Notes under the pieces: generated by a model
What the model saw: the letters and a program-made list of their open reading frames with translations, nothing else
What the model was told of the DNA's origin: nothing
Databases searched by the model: none
In this document: one piece after another, positions 18,335 to 28,124 of the stretch
Layout of the letters: each line of letters begins with the position of its first letter
Numbering within the stretch: position 1 is the first letter of the stretch
Assembly (NCBI GenBank): GCA_031262995.1
Contig: JAISGR010000032.1
Coordinates: 1 to 40,157, forward strand
Origin: Prevotellaceae bacterium
Lineage (GTDB): Bacteria; Bacteroidota; Bacteroidia; Bacteroidales; Bacteroidaceae
Reading direction: 5' to 3'
DNA length: 40,157 nt
Made by a program: the position numbers and the translations under genes

Positions 18335-18377
18335 AAAAAGAAAGAAGGCTACACCCTGTCATAAGAGGTGTAGCCTT
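18335..18377 (-). terminator. Intrinsic terminator downstream of fumarate hydratase
   Basis: Stem AAGGCTACACC (18345-18355) / GGTGTAGCCTT (18367-18377) followed by a T-rich run on the minus strand. Confidence 0.75.
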
Positions 18378-18440
18378 TCTCTATTGTTATCGGCTGATGG
18401 TCGGAGTAGCTGTTGCTTCACCTCCCGATATGCCCTGCGA

Positions 18441-20078
18441 TTATCGCTTCGTGTTCCAGGGCTTCAGCTGCTTGAAGAAGTCATTGCCCTTGTCGTCCAC
18501 GAGGATGAAGGCGGGGAAGTCTTCGACCTCGATTTTCCAGATGGCTTCCATGCCCAGCTCGGGGTACTCGAGGCACTCGATGTGCTTGATGTTGTTCTGT
18601 GCGAGGATGGCAGCGGGACCGCCGATGGAGCCGAGGTAGAACCCGCCGTGCTGCTTGCACGAGTCGGTCACCACCTGACTACGGTTGCCCTTTGCCAGCA
18701 TGATGAGGCTGCCGCCGTGGCTTTGGAACAGCTCCACGTACGGATCCATGCGTCCGGCGGTGGTGGGTCCCATCGAGCCGCATGCCATGCCTGCGGGTGT
18801 CTTGGCAGGGCCGGCGTAGTAGATGGGATGGTCTGTGATGTACTGCGGCAGCGCTTCGCCGCGGTCAAGGCGCTCTTTGAGCTTGGCGTGGGCGATGTCA
18901 CGACCCACGATAATCGTGCCGTTGAGCGAGAGGCGGGTGGCTACGGGATACTTGGTCAGCTCCTTCAGTATCTCCGGCATGGGGCGGTTGAGGTCTATCC
19001 TGACCACGTCGCCTTCGCCTGCGCGGCGCAGTTCGGCAGGAATCAGCTCGCCGGGGTTACTGTCGAGCTTCTCGATCCAGATGCCCTCTTTGTTGATTTT
19101 GCACTTGATGTTGCGGTCGGCAGAGCAGGAGACGCCCAGCCCGACGGGGCAGGAGGCGCCGTGACGCGGCAGGCGGATGATGCGGATGTCGTGTGCCAGG
19201 TACTTGCCGCCGAACTGTGCGCCCAGTCCGATCTTTTGTGCCTCCTTGAGCACCTGCTGCTCCAGCTCGACGTCGCGGAAGGCGCGACCGTAGGCGTTCC
19301 CGGTGGTGGGCAGGTTGTCGTAGTAGTGCACCGATGCCAGCTTCACGGTGAGCAGGTTGCGCTCCGCCGAGGTGCCGCCAATCACGAAGGCGATGTGGTA
19401 GGGGGGACAGGCGGCAGTGCCGAGCGACTTCATCTTCTCGATCATGAACGGCACGAGCGTGTCGGGGTTGAGGATGGCTTTGGTCTCCTGATAGAGGTAG
19501 GTCTTGTTGGCAGAGCCGCCTCCCTTGGCGACGCACAGGAAGCGATACTCCATGCCTTCGGTGGCTTCGATATCGATCTGTGCGGGCAGGTTGCACTTGG
19601 TGTTCACCTCGTCGTACATGGTGAGCGGTGCGTTCTGCGAGTAGCGCAGGCTCTCTTCGGTATAGGTCTTGTAGACACCCAGCGAGATAGCCTCTTCGTC
19701 GGAATAGCCTGTCCATACCTGCTGTCCCTTTTCGCCGTGGATGATGGCTGTGCCGGTGTCCTGGCAGAAGGGGAGGATGCCTTTCGACGATACTTCGGCG
19801 TTGCGCAGGAAGGTGAGCGCCACGTATTTATCGTTGTCGCTGGCTTCGGGGTCGCTCAGGATGGCTGCCACCTGCTCGTTGTGTGCGCGGCGCAGCAGAA
19901 ACGACACATCTTTGAATGCCGCATGGGTCATTGCGGTCAGTCCCTCTTTGTCTACTTTCAGGATGGGGTGTCCTTCGAACTCGCCCACCGACACGTGGTC
20001 TTTGGTGAGCAGATAATACTCGGTGGTATCTTCGCCATGTTCGAACATGGGCTGATACGTAAACGGAGTTGTTGCCAT
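18441..20078 (-). CDS. Class I (Fe-S) fumarate hydratase
   Basis: [43 protein letters not shown] and [10 protein letters not shown]. Confidence 0.97.
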   Translation of the reverse strand: MATTPFTYQPMFEHGEDTTEYYLLTKDHVSVGEFEGHPILKVDKEGLTAMTHAAFKDVSFLLRRAHNEQVAAILSDPEASDNDKYVALTFLRNAEVSSKGILPFCQDTGTAIIHGEKGQQVWTGYSDEEAISLGVYKTYTEESLRYSQNAPLTMYDEVNTKCNLPAQIDIEATEGMEYRFLCVAKGGGSANKTYLYQETKAILNPDTLVPFMIEKMKSLGTAACPPYHIAFVIGGTSAERNLLTVKLASVHYYDNLPTTGNAYGRAFRDVELEQQVLKEAQKIGLGAQFGGKYLAHDIRIIRLPRHGASCPVGLGVSCSADRNIKCKINKEGIWIEKLDSNPGELIPAELRRAGEGDVVRIDLNRPMPEILKELTKYPVATRLSLNGTIIVGRDIAHAKLKERLDRGEALPQYITDHPIYYAGPAKTPAGMACGSMGPTTAGRMDPYVELFQSHGGSLIMLAKGNRSQVVTDSCKQHGGFYLGSIGGPAAILAQNNIKHIECLEYPELGMEAIWKIEVEDFPAFILVDDKGNDFFKQLKPWNTKR

Positions 20079-20162
20079 AATTACTGTTGTTATTTATAGA
20101 ATGTCAATATTGTATGCTAAACAAGGGTGGTCGTCAAGAAGTTCTTTCCTTCATTTACGCCG

Positions 20163-20170
20163 CAAAGTTA
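20163..20170 (-). promoter_or_regulatory. Bacteroidota -7 element (TAACTTTG) for fumarase
   Basis: TAnnTTTG on the minus strand in the 20079-20201 gap. Confidence 0.6.
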
Positions 20171-20201
20171 GCGATTGTTTCCCTATGCTGTCCCGCTCCC
20201 G

Positions 20202-22184
20202 TCAGATTTGGCTGATGCGTCCGATGAGTTCGTTGCCCAGTGCGGTCTTCACTTCGATGTGTCGCAGCACGGCGGTGACAAACGGGTTGCTCTCGAAGTC
20301 GCCGCGCACCTGTTCGAAGTCCTGCTCTTTGTCTTGTCGCGAGCCGTCGGCGCCGAAGCCGGTCATGGATGCCATGGAGAACTCTTTTTGGGCATCTTCG
20401 TACAGCAGGCGGTCGAGACCGACGACTGCCTCTTTCCACTTCCCGACGATGGTGCACACTTGCGCTGCCGTGAGGGTGTCGGGTGCGAAGCCGTAGAAGG
20501 GTTCGATGTGGTCGTAAGCCCATGTCCACTCGTAGTTGTAGTAGTTGAGGTGGAGCCGCTCGAACTCGGCGTTGATGTGCTTGAGGCGGTCTATCTTGCC
20601 CGACTCGATGTCGCACAGCAGGCGGTCTATCTCGCTTTTGGGAGCAATCAAGCCCGATACGTCGACCCACTCGCCGCTGCCTATCGGGGTGTCGGGGCGC
20701 AGGCGGGCGCGGATGTCGTCGTCGGTGGCGAAGGTGATGCCCTCCAGCCGCTTGATGAGGGAGTTGCCGAGGAACTTGTGAATGGCTGTCTCGTAGAAGC
20801 GGATGCCCTTCACCAGCGACGAGTTGCGAATCTTGGTGCTGTGGTAGGAGTAGATGTCGGAGAGTTCGCCCGATGCCTTGCGCAGGTTCTGTAAGATTTC
20901 GCGTCCCTTGAGCATCTTCTGCACGGTGTAGGGGCTGAGCAGGTTGTAGTTGATAAAGTCGAGCTTGTGCGGGTCGATGCGTCCGTCGCGTTTCGGCCAT
21001 TTCTGTGCGTCGCGGATGGTGCCGACGCTGCGCAGGTTGACGCCGGGTACAAGGTAGGTGGTGTTGTTCTGCTCTATCAGGTAGGAGAAGGGCAGGTTGG
21101 AGGTGTCGGAGTGGGTGACGTGCCGTCCCATCACCAGCGAGAAGGCGCCCACGCGGGCAGGCCAGAGGATGTACGAGTCGGAGGTGGTCTTGGCACCCCG
21201 CTCTAATGTGCCCTGATGGATGGGGCCGAGCTTGTACATGTGGTTGCTCTGGTTCGACCCCGAGCCTGCGTTCATGAACGAGAACATGCCGGCAATGAGC
21301 AGCGTCGACTTGTGGTGCGTCACGGTGAACGGACCGGCAAAGATGGCACACGCCTCGCCGTTCTCGCCCTGGCAGTTGCTGAAGAAGAGCGAGTCGGATG
21401 CCGAATAGTTGTGTCCCAGCCGGCAGGCTTGCCCGATGAAGCAGCGGGTGAGCATGGCTCCGTCGTCGATGTGCGAGCCTGACAGCACGATGAAGTCGTC
21501 GCAAATCACCCCGTGTCCGATGTGTACGGGCGCTTCGCGGTTGCTGTTCAGGCTGCCGTTGTTCAGGCGGTTGGCGCCGCAGATGTGGCAATAGTCGCCG
21601 ATGCGCATGTTCTTGATGGAGCCGGTGTTGAGAATCATGACGTGGCTGCCGATGGTGCCTACGTCGGAGGCGTGCTTGTTGGAGTAGTAGTCGGTGATGG
21701 ATTTCAGGCGGCGGATCAGTTCGGGGCGGTGGCGGTAGAGCGCCATGATGTATGCCAGGTGTGCCGAGAGCTTGTCGTTGATGAGCACCTCGCGTCCGCC
21801 GGTCTCGTTGAGCACGGCGGCTTCGATGCCGTTGCCGAACCGGCTCAGTCCGTCGGTGAGGATGATGTCGACATTCTCGATGAAGGTGTCGTGCCCAATC
21901 TCGTAGTTGGCGATGTAGTTCTGGATGTTCTCGATGCAGCAGTTGTCGCCCACGGTGACGTTGTGCAGCGTGACGTGCCGCAGTCCGGCATGTTTCTTGA
22001 TGCCGCCCGCCAGTGTAAATTCCGATTGAAACACGCCCAGGCGCACTTCGCCCGAGAAGCGGGTGTGGTGCACATACTCGGTGCCGAATCCGCAGGCCAC
22101 CGTTACCTTTTCCCAATTGTCAGCCAGACAGGCTTGATTTTGCAGTCGAAGGATTTCTTCCTTGCTTAGTTTTCTGTAATCCAT
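20202..22184 (-). CDS. DUF4954-family protein (hexapeptide/beta-helix-like repeats)
   Basis: Start at ATG 22184 (MDYRKL). Contains FGNGIEAAVLNETGGREV, GPFTVTHHKSTLLIAG and GSNQSNHMYKLGPIHQG, which I recognise as this conserved Bacteroidota family. Confidence 0.85.
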   Translation of the reverse strand: MDYRKLSKEEILRLQNQACLADNWEKVTVACGFGTEYVHHTRFSGEVRLGVFQSEFTLAGGIKKHAGLRHVTLHNVTVGDNCCIENIQNYIANYEIGHDTFIENVDIILTDGLSRFGNGIEAAVLNETGGREVLINDKLSAHLAYIMALYRHRPELIRRLKSITDYYSNKHASDVGTIGSHVMILNTGSIKNMRIGDYCHICGANRLNNGSLNSNREAPVHIGHGVICDDFIVLSGSHIDDGAMLTRCFIGQACRLGHNYSASDSLFFSNCQGENGEACAIFAGPFTVTHHKSTLLIAGMFSFMNAGSGSNQSNHMYKLGPIHQGTLERGAKTTSDSYILWPARVGAFSLVMGRHVTHSDTSNLPFSYLIEQNNTTYLVPGVNLRSVGTIRDAQKWPKRDGRIDPHKLDFINYNLLSPYTVQKMLKGREILQNLRKASGELSDIYSYHSTKIRNSSLVKGIRFYETAIHKFLGNSLIKRLEGITFATDDDIRARLRPDTPIGSGEWVDVSGLIAPKSEIDRLLCDIESGKIDRLKHINAEFERLHLNYYNYEWTWAYDHIEPFYGFAPDTLTAAQVCTIVGKWKEAVVGLDRLLYEDAQKEFSMASMTGFGADGSRQDKEQDFEQVRGDFESNPFVTAVLRHIEVKTALGNELIGRISQI

Positions 22185-22211
22185 TGTTGTTGATGAAGCT
22201 ATGTTGGGTGG

Positions 22212-22274
22212 CAAAGATACATTATTTTCGTGGCGGTCATGCCATACACGGAGCGGAAAATTGGTGTAATTTTG
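22212..22274. promoter_or_regulatory. Divergent promoter pair: TATCTTTG (minus, 22212-22219) for DUF4954 and TAATTTTG (plus, 22267-22274) for folC
   Basis: Two back-to-back TAnnTTTG matches in the 123-bp gap. Confidence 0.7.
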
Positions 22275-22307
22275 CGCCTCGCAATAACGCTTAATCATGA
22301 TGAAGAG

Positions 22308-23555
22308 ATGAATTACCGACAAACATTAGCTTATCTGTACGACAGCACCCCGATGTTTCAGCAGGTGGGTGGCGCTGCCTATAAGGAGGGGCTGGCAAAT
22401 ACGCTGGCGCTGGACGAACACTTCGGACATCCGCACCGCCGCTACCGCACCATTCACGTTGCCGGCACCAACGGCAAAGGTTCCTGTTCGCATACGCTGG
22501 CTGCCATCCTGCAAGAGGCGGGGTATCGGGTGGGGCTGTACACTTCGCCCCACCTGATCGATTTCCGCGAACGCATCCGGGTGAACGGACAGCCCATCCC
22601 CGAGGAGCAGGTGGTGCGCTTTGTCGGGGAGGAGCGCGCCTTCTTCGAACCGCTGAATCTCTCCTTCTTCGAGCTGACCACGGCGATGGCGTTCGACTAC
22701 TTTGCCCGCGAGCAGGTCGATGTTGCCGTGGTCGAGGTGGGCTTGGGCGGGCGGTTGGACTGTACCAATATCATCCGTCCCGACCTGTGCATCATTACCA
22801 ATATCAGCTTCGACCACACGCAGTATCTGGGCAATACCCTGGCAGAGATTGCCGGCGAGAAGGCAGGCATCATCAAGCCGGGCGTGCCGGTGGTGATCGG
22901 TGAGGCTGTGCCCGAGACGCGTCCCGTGTTTGTGCGGAAAGCCGGGGAGGTGCATGCCCCCATCTACTTTGCCGGGGAGAGCGAAGCGCCTGTCTATCCT
23001 CATTTGGAGGTGGAGCTGAAGGGTTTGTGTCAGGAGAAGAACACCCGCACGCTGCTCACCGCCCTTCCGCTGTTGCAGGCTGCGGGCTACCGGCTGAGTG
23101 AGGCGGCGGTGCGCAGCGGCTTTGCCCACGTGTGCCGCCTGACCGGGCTGATGGGGCGCTGGCAGCAACTGCACACTGCCCCCACGCTGGTGTGCGACAC
23201 CGGACACAACGTCGGCGGCATGCAATACATCGCCACGCAGCTGCGCCGCCTCCGTCCTGCCTATCGCAAGCTGCATCTCGTGGTGGGCATGGTCGGCGAC
23301 AAGGACGTATCGGGCATCCTTGCCCTGCTGCCGCCCGAGGCGGATTACTATTTTACCCGTGCCTCGGTGAAGCGTGCCCTGCCCGAAACGGAGCTTGCCC
23401 GCCTAGCACACACTGCCGGGCTGCGTGGCGACAGCTATCCCGATGTGCCCGCAGCCGTAGGCGCCGCCCTGCAAAAAAGCCTCCCCGAAGACTTTATCTT
23501 CGTGGGAGGCAGTAGTTTCGTTGTGGCAGATTTACTGTCGCACAACCCTTTCTGA
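22308..23555 (+). CDS. folC: Bifunctional folylpolyglutamate synthase/dihydrofolate synthase
   Basis: IHVAGTNGKGS, GLYTSPHL, EVGLGGRLDCTNI, IAGEKAGIIK and DTGHN. Start at ATG 22308. Confidence 0.96.
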   Translation: MNYRQTLAYLYDSTPMFQQVGGAAYKEGLANTLALDEHFGHPHRRYRTIHVAGTNGKGSCSHTLAAILQEAGYRVGLYTSPHLIDFRERIRVNGQPIPEEQVVRFVGEERAFFEPLNLSFFELTTAMAFDYFAREQVDVAVVEVGLGGRLDCTNIIRPDLCIITNISFDHTQYLGNTLAEIAGEKAGIIKPGVPVVIGEAVPETRPVFVRKAGEVHAPIYFAGESEAPVYPHLEVELKGLCQEKNTRTLLTALPLLQAAGYRLSEAAVRSGFAHVCRLTGLMGRWQQLHTAPTLVCDTGHNVGGMQYIATQLRRLRPAYRKLHLVVGMVGDKDVSGILALLPPEADYYFTRASVKRALPETELARLAHTAGLRGDSYPDVPAAVGAALQKSLPEDFIFVGGSSFVVADLLSHNPF

Positions 23556-23562
23556 GAGCGGT

Positions 23563-23940
23563 TCAGGGACGTACCGCGATGCATTCAATCTCTACCAGCG
23601 CCTCTTTGGGCAGCGCCTTGACGGCTACTGCCGAGCGGGCAGGGAAGTCGCCGTCGAAATAGGTGGCGTACACCTTGTTCATATCGGCAAAGTATGCCAT
23701 GTCCGCCAGGAAGACGGTGGTCTTGACGATGTCCGACATGCTCATACCGGCTGCGGCAAGGATGTGTCGGATGTTCTCCAATGACTGGCGGGCTTGTGCT
23801 TCGGCTCCTTCAGCCATGCTGCCGGTGGCGGCATTGATGGGCAGCTGTCCGGAGACAAACACCATGCCGCCGGCTTCGATGGCTTGGCTGTACGGACCGA
23901 TGGCTCCGGGGGCGGCTGTGCTGCAAATTACTTTCTTCAT
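23563..23940 (-). CDS. RidA/YjgF-family enamine/imine deaminase
   Basis: APGAIGPYSQA, SGQLP and PARSAVAVKALPKEALVEIECIA. Confidence 0.95.
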   Translation of the reverse strand: MKKVICSTAAPGAIGPYSQAIEAGGMVFVSGQLPINAATGSMAEGAEAQARQSLENIRHILAAAGMSMSDIVKTTVFLADMAYFADMNKVYATYFDGDFPARSAVAVKALPKEALVEIECIAVRP

Positions 23941-23964
23941 TGTTCGATGTGTTTTGATTCTTTG

Positions 23965-25671
23965 TTATTGGCAATGTTTCTTGATCAGTTCCTCCACATG
24001 GGGGTCGCCCAGCTCCTTGGCTTTGGCAAAGTCGGCGCAGGCTTCCTTATCCTGTTTGAGCTGTATCCGGGCGATGCCCATCAGGCGATAGGCTTCGCCG
24101 TAGGCAGGGTCGATGGCGATGGCTTCGCGGAGCGTCTCGACGGCTTCGTCGTATCTACCTACGCGGAGGTTGATCACTGCCAGCTCGGCGCGGTAGGTCA
24201 GCTCTTCGGGGTTCATCTGGATGGCGGTGGCAATATCGTCGAGGGCGCGCTGGAACTGTCGGGCTTGGAGCGATGCCTGTTCCCGGTAGTAGTAGAAGAG
24301 GTCGTTCACCTTCCCGTTGACGGCGCGGTAGTACTCGTCGTAGTCCAGCATGGCGCCTCGTGCCTGCTTGGCTTTCATGCGCATCTGGGCACGTTCGAGC
24401 AGGTAGGGTGCGTTGGCTTCGGAGATGGGTCTGCCAATCCTTGTGACGCAGCTGTCCATCAGCGCCAGCACCTCTTCGACGGGCGCTTCCATCAGCTCCT
24501 TGGTTTTGGCAGCGCTGAAGAAGGTGGCGGCAGATGCCAGTTCGCTGTTGTTCACCTGTTCGTAGCATGACAGGGCGCCGGCATAATCTTTCTTGGCGAA
24601 GAGGATGTCGCCTTCCAGCTGGATATAGATGGGGAGCGGGTCTATCCGGATGGCTTTGCGTATCTCCTCGGCGGCACGGTCGTAGCTCCAGTCGCCGTAA
24701 GGGGTTGCGGGAGTGCCCAGGCAGTAGTTGTATATCAGCTTGGCGCGGCTGAAGTAGGTATCGTCTTTCTTCTTTGCCGCATTGAGCGCCTTGTCCATGT
24801 CTTTCTCTGCCAGCTCCATGGCAGCAGGCTCTTGCGACATCGCGATGCGGTTGGTGGCGCGGTGCATGTAGCCGTCGGCATTGTCGGGGTATTGGGCAAT
24901 GAAGTCGTCGAGCAGCTCGGCATACTCGTCGGGTGTCAGCGCCGACGATGCCATGAGGAGGTAGACCTGTGCCTGCTCTTCGGTGTCGGGCAGCGCCTTC
25001 TTGATGCCGATGGACTGGAGTGTGCGGTCGTTGAACGAGAGCGGACTGATGCTGAGCTTGCCGGCATAGTCGGCGCTGACGCCGTAGCAGATGTTGGCGG
25101 TGTCTTTGCCCGATGATTTCTGTGCCAGCGCTATCACATGACCGTCGGTGTTGGTGATGGGGCAGCTCACCATCTTCTCTTTCAGCGCCATGTTGAGTGT
25201 GTAGTAGGTGTATGTGCTCTCCATCTTGTCGGTAGCCTGAACGGTGCCGGGGGTGAACGAACGGTCTTTCTGCGTGGAGTAGGGGAGCAGGTAGACCGCA
25301 TCGTTGGCAGCGGCAGCGGCGGGCGCTACGGAGAGTGCGTGCACCTTTTTGGCGGTGATGTCTACGCGGAACTTCACCACATCGTACATGTCGTTGGCTC
25401 CCAGTATGAGGCTGACGGGCATCTGCGTGCCCTCGGAGTTGACGATGACGGCGCGTTGCGCACCTTTGAAGAGTGCATAGTCCGACAGCGCCGTGCCGTC
25501 TTCGGTGATGAAGAATCCGTTGCCGGTATTCATTATCTGGTCTTTCTCGTCGTAGGTGATGACGGAGAATACGGCTCGTTTGGCTTTCTCTACCCACTTG
25601 GGGGCTTGGGCTGCGCTCCACTGCAAGGGGAGGCAGAGCAGGAGGGTTAGTAAGATACGCTTTTGTTTCAT
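23965..25671 (-). CDS. Exported protein with a trypsin-like N-domain and C-terminal TPR repeats
   Basis: Signal peptide ending SAA-Q, trypsin-like TGNGFFITEDG, and many TPR-like helices ending in ACADFAKAKELG. Confidence 0.85.
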   Translation of the reverse strand: MKQKRILLTLLLCLPLQWSAAQAPKWVEKAKRAVFSVITYDEKDQIMNTGNGFFITEDGTALSDYALFKGAQRAVIVNSEGTQMPVSLILGANDMYDVVKFRVDITAKKVHALSVAPAAAAANDAVYLLPYSTQKDRSFTPGTVQATDKMESTYTYYTLNMALKEKMVSCPITNTDGHVIALAQKSSGKDTANICYGVSADYAGKLSISPLSFNDRTLQSIGIKKALPDTEEQAQVYLLMASSALTPDEYAELLDDFIAQYPDNADGYMHRATNRIAMSQEPAAMELAEKDMDKALNAAKKKDDTYFSRAKLIYNYCLGTPATPYGDWSYDRAAEEIRKAIRIDPLPIYIQLEGDILFAKKDYAGALSCYEQVNNSELASAATFFSAAKTKELMEAPVEEVLALMDSCVTRIGRPISEANAPYLLERAQMRMKAKQARGAMLDYDEYYRAVNGKVNDLFYYYREQASLQARQFQRALDDIATAIQMNPEELTYRAELAVINLRVGRYDEAVETLREAIAIDPAYGEAYRLMGIARIQLKQDKEACADFAKAKELGDPHVEELIKKHCQ

Positions 25672-25707
25672 GGGGGAGGATAAATCAGAATTTGCTGAAT
25701 GGTGGGA

Positions 25708-26451
25708 TTACTGAATGCGCCGTTGTCTCACTGCCTCGTACATCAGGATTCCTGCGGCTACGGATACGTTGAGCGACTGTATGGTTCCCAACACGGGGAT
25801 TTGAACCCATTCGTCGCACAGCTTGAGGTGTTCGTAGGCGATGCCGGTATCTTCGGCGCCCATCACGATGCAGGTGGGCAGGGAGTAGTCGGCAGCGTTG
25901 TAGTCGCATTCGCCCTTTTCGGTGGCGGCAATGAGGTGGAATCCGCTCTCTTTGAGCAGTTGCAGGGTGGCGGTCAGGCTCTGCTCGCGGCATACGGGCA
26001 GGGTGTGCAGGGCGCCGGCGGATGTTTTCACGGCATCGGCGTTGACCGTAACGCTGCCTTTGGCAGGGAGGATGACGGCATCCACGCCGGCACAGTTGCA
26101 GGTGCGGGCGATGGCGCCGAAGTTACGCACGTCGGTCACGCCGTCGAGCATCACGAAGAGCGGTGTCTTGCCCTGTTCGAAGAGCAGCGGCACCAGGTCT
26201 TCCGTCTTCTGGTAGGTCACGGCGGAGATGAATGCCACCACCCCCTGATGGTTCTTGCGGGTGATGCGGTTGAGGCGTTCTACGGGTACCCGCTGCACGG
26301 GGATGAATCGTCCCCGCAGGGCGGCAAAGAGTTCTTTGGAGAGGTCGCTCTGGATGTCCCGCTTGACGAGAATCTTGTCTATCTCCTTGTCAGCCTCGAG
26401 GGCTTCGATGACGGCGCGCACGCCGAATATCATTTCGCTTTTTTCGTTCAT
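25708..26451 (-). CDS. rlmB: 23S rRNA (guanosine-2251-2'-O)-methyltransferase
   Basis: NHQGVVA, LDGVTDVRNFGAIART, MGAEDTG and SLNVSVAAG (SPOUT motifs). Confidence 0.93.
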   Translation of the reverse strand: MNEKSEMIFGVRAVIEALEADKEIDKILVKRDIQSDLSKELFAALRGRFIPVQRVPVERLNRITRKNHQGVVAFISAVTYQKTEDLVPLLFEQGKTPLFVMLDGVTDVRNFGAIARTCNCAGVDAVILPAKGSVTVNADAVKTSAGALHTLPVCREQSLTATLQLLKESGFHLIAATEKGECDYNAADYSLPTCIVMGAEDTGIAYEHLKLCDEWVQIPVLGTIQSLNVSVAAGILMYEAVRQRRIQ

Positions 26452-28106
26452 AGCTTGAGTAATTCTTTGGCATTGTTCATGGCAGCCTCCGTGAGAGAGG
26501 CGCCGCTAAGCATCTGGGCAATCTCTTCCATGCGTTCGTTGTCGGTCAGCCGCCTGATGTGGCTGTTGGTTTCCGTATCATTGTCCTGCTTGTACACCTT
26601 GTAGTGCACGCGTCCGCGGGCGGCAATCTGCGGCAGGTGGGTGATGCTGATGACTTGTCGGTCGTGCGCACCCATCTCCTGCATGATGTCTGCCATCCGG
26701 TTGCCCATCTCGCCCGATACGCCGGTGTCTATCTCGTCGAAGATGAGGGTAGGCAGTTGTACGGCGCCGGCAATCATGGCTTTTACGGCGAGCATGACGC
26801 GGGCGATCTCGCCGCCCGATGCCACGGAGGAGATGTTTTGTAAGGCTCCGTTCTTGTTGGCAGAGAAGAGGAAGCTCACGGTGTCCATGCCGTGTGTGCC
26901 GGGTTCGGTGCGTGTGCCTGTCTCTACGCGGAAGCGCACGTTGGGCATGCCCAGCGTGACTAAGCGGGTTGCCATTTGCTGCTCCACCTCCCGGGCGGCG
27001 GCGGTGCGCGTCCGAGTGAGGAGGTCGGCTTGCGCTTTCACCTTATTATATAGTGCGTCGCACTTCGCGGCGAGTTCGTGCAGGGTATCGTCGCTCGAGT
27101 GGATGGCAGCCAGCTGTTCGGCATATTGCCGGGTGAGCGCTATCAATCCGTCGATGCTGTGCTGCCCGTGTTTCTGTTGCAGGGAGTAAATCAGGTTGAG
27201 GCGGTTGTTGACCGTTTCCAATCGGGCGGGGTTGAACGCTATCCGCTCTTCCCTGTCGGCGATGTCGGCGGCGATGTCCTTGAGTTCGATGAAGGCGCTC
27301 TCCAACCGCTCTGTTGTCTCGTGGGCGGCGGGGTAGACTTTCAGCAGTGCGCGCAGGGTGCTCAGGGCATCTTTCAGGGCGACAAGCAGTCCGTTGTCGT
27401 CGGCGCTCAGCAGTTGGGTGGCGCGAAACAGACCTGCCTTTATCTCTTCGGCATGGCTCAGCATGTCGGCTTCTTCTTCCAGCTCTTCCTGTTCGCCTGC
27501 CGTGAGGCGGGCTTGGCTGAGCTGCTCCCATTGAAAGCGGATGTAATCTTCGTCGGCTTTGTTGCGACCGGCAAGGGCGGTGGCATCGTCGCGTTCGCGG
27601 CATGCCTGCTTCCATTGGCGGTAGAGGGAGGCGTATGTTTCCCGTTCGTGCTCGTTGTGTGCCAGTATGTCGAGCACGTTCAGCTGGAACCCTTCGCTGT
27701 TGAGCAACAGGTTCTGGTGCTGGGAGTGTATGTCGATCAGTTGTTCGCCCAGCTCTTTCAGCTGTGCCAGCGAGGCGGGGGTGTCGTTGATGAAGGCACG
27801 GCTCTTGCCGCCGGCATGGAGTTCGCGTCGCAGGATGCACTCCGGCTCGTAGTCCAACCGGTTCTCTTCGAAGAAGGGCTGCATCTGGTAGTCGGCAATG
27901 TCAAAGCAGGCTTCGATGACGCATTTCTGTGCTCCCTGCCTGATGGCTTTTGCGTCGGCGCGCTGTCCGAGCAGCAAGCCGATGGCGCCCAGCATGATGG
28001 ATTTGCCGGCGCCTGTCTCGCCCGTAATGACGGAGAAGCCTGTCTCGAATGCGATGTCGAGGGAGCGGATGAGTGCATAGTTTTGTATGGAGAGAGAACG
28101 GAGCAT
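26448..28106 (-). CDS. recN: DNA repair protein RecN
   Basis: ITGETGAGKS, IDIHSQH, ASGGEIAR, IFDEIDTGVSG and ITHLPQIAA. Confidence 0.98.
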   Translation of the reverse strand: MLRSLSIQNYALIRSLDIAFETGFSVITGETGAGKSIMLGAIGLLLGQRADAKAIRQGAQKCVIEACFDIADYQMQPFFEENRLDYEPECILRRELHAGGKSRAFINDTPASLAQLKELGEQLIDIHSQHQNLLLNSEGFQLNVLDILAHNEHERETYASLYRQWKQACRERDDATALAGRNKADEDYIRFQWEQLSQARLTAGEQEELEEEADMLSHAEEIKAGLFRATQLLSADDNGLLVALKDALSTLRALLKVYPAAHETTERLESAFIELKDIAADIADREERIAFNPARLETVNNRLNLIYSLQQKHGQHSIDGLIALTRQYAEQLAAIHSSDDTLHELAAKCDALYNKVKAQADLLTRTRTAAAREVEQQMATRLVTLGMPNVRFRVETGTRTEPGTHGMDTVSFLFSANKNGALQNISSVASGGEIARVMLAVKAMIAGAVQLPTLIFDEIDTGVSGEMGNRMADIMQEMGAHDRQVISITHLPQIAARGRVHYKVYKQDNDTETNSHIRRLTDNERMEEIAQMLSGASLTEAAMNNAKELLKL

Positions 28107-28124
28107 CGTTGGGGTGTTATCTGA

